Below, in pieces: positions 57,967-64,000 of a stretch of DNA of 64,000 nt. The notes below the pieces were generated by a model. The model was not told where the DNA came from. It saw only the letters and a program-made list of their open reading frames with translations, and searched no databases. The translations under genes were made by a program, and so were the position numbers. Location: contig JALAGF010004837.1 of NCBI GenBank assembly GCA_030167865.1, positions 124,001-188,000 on the forward strand, read 5' to 3'. The DNA is from Craspedostauros australis. Taxonomy: Eukaryota. Position 1 is the stretch's first letter. Each line of letters opens with the position of its first letter.

Positions 57967-58618
57967 TCACTTCGGCGGCTTGATCTGACCACCCACCTCA
58001 ATCTTGTGCTTCTTGTGGCGAAATGGCGCGTGCTCAGTGGCCAACGCCAGCTCTTGGACGATCGCCTTGCGTTCGCCAGTGTGATCAATCGTATCATCCT
58101 CGTAGCAAATCTTTGCCAAGATCAGAGTCTTGTGAAGATCCGGCATGGATCGCACAAGCACCTGCATCTGCTTCCAATCCAGGAAGTCGTCTACAGAGAG
58201 AGTAGAGTTGAGGCAATCAAGGGAAAGCAAGCAGAAGGCATGGGGATGAGGGAAAGAGAGAGAGAACAATTCATGTGAGAACCTCCGCCTCACCTTTTGA
58301 CACGAGAACAATCGAGAAACCGAGCAATCTGCGCGGTTCTGCACTGTGCTGGCGATACGAATAGAGTACTAAGCAATGCTGACGCTCTCAACATGGCCAC
58401 GTTGTTCAAGAGAGCCTCGCCATTGCCACTTGCACATTTTATGTGAGCAGAAACGCACCATCACGAACCAGATGAACGCAAAAGTCAGAATGCACCTTGC
58501 TTGGATCATCAGCGTAAAGAACGAGCTCACATCCAAACTGCAATCCCGAATGCACACGGTATCCCTTGGCTTCGAAGTGCTTTCGTAGGATCGCGATCTT
58601 TGCCTCCCATTCAGACAT
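57967..58618 (-). CDS. tRNA-splicing endonuclease catalytic subunit-like (Sen2/Sen34), compact, 2 exons
   Basis: Exons 58618-58459 and 58190-57967 (127 aa). GYRVHSGLQFGCELVLYADDPSKVHSDFCV and LVRSMPDLHKTLILA provide the Tyr/His/Lys triad positions. Termini are uncertain. Confidence 0.7.
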
Positions 58619-58717
58619 GTCGTGCAACAGATGGTAACGATGACGGCAATGTATGGTACGGGCAGAGATGACGGTGGTGGTGACGATAGCTGTTCAGGCG
58701 AAGGTGGCGGTCATGGG

Positions 58718-58746
58718 CAATGCAATGCAATGCAATGCAACGCAAT
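58718..58746. repeat. (GCAAT)n pentanucleotide microsatellite
   Basis: gcaatgcaatgcaatgcaatgcaacgcaat. Similar GCAAT/GCGAT runs occur at about 18220-18241, 20625-20662 and 42523-42540. Confidence 0.8.
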
Positions 58747-59403
58747 GTGGGGTGGTGTGGCGTGATGAGGTAGAATGATGGCGGCCATCTGCTTTTCTGT
58801 GGATTCTTGTCTGGTGTTGGGTTGATTCAACATCCTCATTTCTTTCTCCCTCTGTCACGAAAACCGTGACATCGGAGGCTGTGATTGATTAGGTGTTGGA
58901 CAATACGGATTCACTGATACGAACGAATTTGATGAGAGTCAGTTGCCATTTTCAAGCACGATGTTCGAAAATCGGTGTCAATAAAGGGTCTAAAAAAGTC
59001 CTTGATTTCACTTGTCAGCTTGTCTGAAAGAATTGATTGCGCACGTCTGTACGCCTTCCGTGCGTGCTGACTGACGATTGTCCCATCAGACTCAACAACC
59101 AACGAAATGAAGGAAGGAGAAGAAAAGTGTGCGCGGAATGACACAGCCTCCTCCACTCACCGTCATCCGACAACCTCAACCCACATCAACACAAAATTAG
59201 CGTTAGACAAGGAGAGGAGAGTTGATGTTCACCGATCTGATCCACTTCGTGCCGTCGTCCATCACATCGAAGAACAACACAAGCTACGAGTACGAATCCT
59301 GATACTACGGTCTAGCCTTTCGCGAGGAAAGAGACATCAAGAGAGGAAGGAAGGACTAAGCAACGTGAAGTAACGCAACCGAAGCACGAGAAAGGAATTG
59401 GCA

Positions 59404-62400
59404 ATGACTGTCACCATGGGAACAACGGCCATGAAAGTCTTGGCCTGCGCAGTCCTTGTTGGCATGACTGATGTTGTGCTGTCATTCTCCCCACTTGGGC
59501 ATCCCATTGCGAGAGATCAGGCGATCGGCAGACAGGTCACCACATTCTCTCCTGTTTCCAGGTGAGCGACGTACTCTGTGTGACATGTAGTGTATGACAC
59601 GTGATGAGGACGGCGACGACGACGATGATGACAATGATGTCATGGGACTGATGAAGCTGTTCTCCTCTTGCGATCTTCAGCTGCGCGATTGCTTGCCTGT
59701 ACGGTTATGGATGGATATCCAACCATCGGCATCCTGCGACTTCGGAAGGTATGGGGCGATTCTGTGTCTATTGGTATGGTGTTGTCCGATGAGCCACAAC
59801 GTGTCTCGCAACATAATGATGAGGCCCACCGATGGCTCGTCATATCCAACCACACATTCTCGCACATATCACTCACTCACACAATCACCTTTTCACTGAC
59901 TGACATCCATTCACTCAACCATCCGACTTGACTGGCTCCATATTTGCATCATTGCAATACTATCCAACACGCACGTTGTATTGTTCATATGGATCCAGAC
60001 TCTACTCAACGCCTGAAAAGACGTCCAGCGGCGAGGCTCCACCGAACAACCGTCGGTACAACAGCAATGGCAGCAATGGCAGCAATGGCAGAAGCAGAGA
60101 CAACAATTACAGAAACAATAAGAACAGGGACAGCAATGGTAGAAACGGCGGCTACAACAACAGCAGACGCAGTGGCTACAGAGGCAACGGTGGCAGACCA
60201 GCAGGCGGCGGAGGAGGAGAGCCTGCATTGAAACTTGTCAACCCGAAGAAGGTGCAGAGAATTGTCAAGGTGATGGAACCACGTCCACCGCGTGACAACC
60301 AGAGAAACAACAACAACAACAACAACAACAACAATCAGAGGGAGAGGTCGCCCCGAGGACCAGGAGCATCCAATGACTCCAACAACAGAGGTGGTTCTGG
60401 GCCCAAAACTTCGTGGGGAGGCCCAAGCTCACCAACTGGCGGAGCAGGCGGCGGCGGCGGAGGAGCAGGTGGCGGAGCCTTCGACAAGCGCAAAGCTGCC
60501 GGCAGAGGCAAGAAGGCACGAGGTGGCGACGAATACAAGAAAAATCAGCCAAGGACATCCCTGCGAATGGGAACCGGCAAGCGAGGACGTGCCGCGTCTC
60601 TCAGCATGGGACGTAGCAGTTTGAAGAAGCGCGATCGCACAGCCCAGAGAGCTGCCAAGGCTGAGGCCGCCATTCAGAGTCGTACTGTCGACTTGCCAGA
60701 GTAAGTTGTTTGTTCTGACATTCATCCATCCATCCATCATGTCCATTTCGATGCATCTGATGCCCAAGTGGGACAACCATGACATACCCTGCATGCACGC
60801 ATGCGTGACATACTACTTGACATACTTTTCCATGACATGAAATGCGCATCGCACGAGACCATCTCTTTCATTTTGCTATTTTTAAAAACTGGGATGCAAC
60901 TCAGTGTCATCTCTTGTCGGCATTGGCGTTGAGCGAGGATGTTGAGGTGCCACCACAAGCATGGCACGGCAACACACTCACAACTTTGTCTTCTGATTTC
61001 ACTCTTCCCAACCCATTTCTTCCTGCGCAACACTTCACCACCACCAAACAACAACAACAACAACGAACAACAACAATCACTCATGTGGTGTGCAGAGGTC
61101 CAGTGTCTGTCAGCGCCCTTGCCGAGATCATCGATGAAAAGCCAGTCGCCGTCATCAAGTTCTTGATGACCGACTTGGGCGTCATGGCCTCCATGACGCA
61201 GAACCTTGACCCAACTACCGCTGCTGCTGTTGCGGAAGGTTTCGGAAAGATCGTCGGCGGAGCAGAAGAATTGGACGAGGATGATGAGGAGTAAGTACCG
61301 CATTCTGCCAGAGTGCATCCTAATTTGTTGCGCGCTCTGCAGTGAGGCGGGGATGCTATCCATCAAATGAGTCTGCAACAACATTTTTGAAGACATATCC
61401 CAACCAACGGGTCCATTGTGAATCCAATTCAACTTCTTCTTTCTCCGTCTCTTTCTCACACCACACACTCCTCTTGCTCTTTGTCTTCGTTTTCTTCCTT
61501 GCTCTTGGCTTTCCTCTTGGTTTTCTTCTTTGCTATTCCTCTTGGTCGTAATATCACTCCTCGCAGCTTCGAAGACGCAGAGGAGGAAGACGAGGACAGT
61601 GCCATCAGCGTTGGCTACGTTACATCGGAGGATGACGAAGAAGACTTGGAACCGCGTGCGCCAGTCGTCACCATCATGGGACACGTTGACCATGGAAAGA
61701 CGTCCTTGCTGGACGCACTCCGCAACACCCGCGTCACCGCCGGCGAGGCTGGTGGTATCACCCAGCACATTGCTGCCTACCAGGTTGATCACGCCGGAAG
61801 GGACATCACGTTCATCGATACTCCGGGTCACGCTGCCTTCACTGACATGCGAGAGCGCGGAGCCAACATTACGGATATTGTCATCCTTGTCGTCGCCGCG
61901 GACGATGGAGTCATGAAGCAGACGGCTGACTCCATCGCTTGCGCACGCCAGGCCGGTGTCCCAGTTGTGGTGGCCATCAACAAGATCGATTTGGAGGCCG
62001 CCGACCCGAACAAGGTCAAGACCGAGCTCACCCAGTACGACATCCTCACCGAAGACTTCGGTGGAGACGTCCTCTGCTCCGAGATCAGTGCCAAGGAGGG
62101 CACCAACCTCGATGAACTGCTAGATAAGATCATGCTCCAGGCCGAGATCCAAGACCTCAAGGCCAATCCAAACCGCGATGCCGAGACCATCGTCGTGGAG
62201 GCAAAGGTCGAGCGTGGGCTCGGTACCGTCGCAACCTGCCTCGTGAAGAAGGGAACCCTGCGTGTCGGCGACAACTTCGTCGCTGGTGAGGCCCACGGAA
62301 AGGTCCGTGCCTTGATCTCCACCAACGACGGCAAGACCCGTTACGATGAGGTCGGCCCAAGCGTCCCAGTTCGCGTTGTGGGATTCAACGAAATCCCATC

Positions 62401-63414
62401 CGCAGGAGATGTGCTGATTTCCGTCGATGATGAACAAACCGCCAGAGGTCTTGCCGAGAACCGACAGAGGTACGTTGCAACATGAGTGATGTGGGAACAA
62501 CGATCGACGCGGCACATGCACCATACTTTCTGTTTCCTATCTGTGATGTTTGGAGATTGCTTTTGATTCGGAATCTGCCAACCGTGTGGTGTGCTTTGTT
62601 CTCGTCTCACCCTTCGATTGTTGATTCAACTCAACATTGTCCGTCTGCATTGATGCATGTCTCCATCCCCCTTTACAACTTGCTGGCCGCCATCAATTTT
62701 CAACTTGATTCCGTCGTGGACAGACTTGCCCGTGAGCGATCCTCGTCATCGTACCAGACCAACCTGATGTCGTCCATCAACAGCGCATTCACCATGACCA
62801 AGGATCACCGCGAGATGTGCGTGGTCGTGAAGGCCGACGTGCAGGGTACCGCGGAGGCGCTGACCCGTGCCTTGCGCGACCTGAAGCGCGAAGACGAGGA
62901 GGCCATCGTGACAGTGAAGGTCCTCACCAGCGAGGCCGGAGAGGTGAACAAGGGTGATATCGCCATCGCTGACGTGACGAAAGACACCACCATCATCGCC
63001 TTCAACGTCGCTGCATCCTACGAAGCGTCCGAGGAGGCACGCATGCTCGGCATCCCTATCGAGTACTACAGCGTCGTGTACGATGCCATCGAGTCCGTGG
63101 AGTCCCGAATGCAGGAGGTGCTCTCCCCAACCCCAGACGGTGAGTTCACAGGAGCAGCCGTCGTCCAGGAGGTGTTCAACATCGGGGGAACCGGTAACAT
63201 CGCCGGTAGCAAGTGTACCGAGGGCATCCTCCGCAAGGGTGGTAACGTCCGTGTGCTGAGAGGAGACAAGATCCTGATCGAGACGACAATAAAGACACTC
63301 CGCAACTTCAAGGCGGATGCCGATTCCATCGAGGCCGGAAACGACTGCGGTATCGGCTTGAGGGACTTCGAAGAATTCGAGGCTGGCGATGTCATCGAAT
63401 GCTTCGTCGAGTAA
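59404..63414 (+). CDS. infB: Plastid translation initiation factor IF-2, 5 exons (about 882 aa)
   Basis: Exons 59404-59561, 59999-60700, 61096-61290, 61567-62469 and 62724-63414, all with phase-2 GT-AG introns. Presequence ...DVVLS-FSP. Motifs [37 protein letters not shown] and KADVQGT. Confidence 0.95.
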
Positions 63415-64000
63415 ATCATATCTTATCTCATGCGAGGAAGATAGCAAGAAAGGAAGGACACATTATCCAAGCACACGGATGCGGTGAGCAGGTCCATTCC
63501 AACGGATACTCCACTCCAATCAAATAAACCAATACTAAAAACCAGAAAACTACATCCAGTGCTGGACAATACTGCTGCGGAGCATGATTAAAGCGCCACG
63601 CACGGCGACTGCGAGTACCCGTCCTCGTATTGGTATAATGTGTCATTTTGATGAAGAGTCATTTTCTACACCCACTGTTACAGGCTATTCGTCTCCAACA
63701 TGATTGGACGCAATGCACGATTCGACCGATATCGCGGAATGAAACAATGCACCTATTGACTCATGCGACCACTTCTGCTTTCGAGACGACTCGAACGACT
63801 GCACGCGTCCGTTTCGAGAAGAGTGGCGGTATCGTGCACACAAGAGAGAAGCGTGGAAGACAAGGTGTCTTTCTCGGATGACTGCTTTTGGCGTTGAGAG
63901 AGGAAGGAATGCAACGGAAAGCAATGCGTGAACAACTCCTTCCGACAACAAACGATTCGCGATCCGCCACAAGCAACGCGACACGGGAAACTGCACAAGG

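Overview
Eukaryotic nuclear DNA, almost certainly from a diatom or a close ochrophyte. The evidence is GT-AG introns of roughly 240-490 nt, bipartite signal-plus-transit presequences with ASAFAP-type cleavage sites, and HSF/bZIP gene types typical of diatoms. About 22 protein-coding genes can be supported, and I reconstructed the multi-exon ones by hand. They are: LipB, an XRCC4-like protein, a CYTH/thiamine triphosphatase, WDR55/JIP5, a small basic hypothetical protein, a KEA3-like K+/H+ antiporter, a GRAM-VASt sterol-transfer protein with a long helical N-terminus, a PDZ/zinc-ribbon protein, a plastid-targeted YLDxL-repeat protein, plastid ACP, a plastid J-protein, PurK-PurE (ADE2), a divergent mitochondrial-carrier-like protein, an SGNH-like type II membrane protein, PebA, a quinone oxidoreductase, a CruP-like FAD oxidoreductase, a bZIP-like factor, a CAMK-type kinase, an HSF, a minimal tRNA-splicing endonuclease subunit and plastid IF2. 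No rRNA, tRNA, CRISPR array or transposon was recognised. The two best leads are inferences from the sequence and are not database-confirmed. (1) A plastid-targeted sticker-and-spacer protein has nine Y-x-[DES]-x-L motifs, and its N-terminal SYLDNLS motif recurs in the long disordered extension of the CruP-like enzyme 21 kb away, suggesting a condensate or pyrenoid addressing system. (2) A PDZ-(Zn ribbon)x3-PDZ gene carries each zinc ribbon on its own frame-symmetric (phase 0-0) exon.
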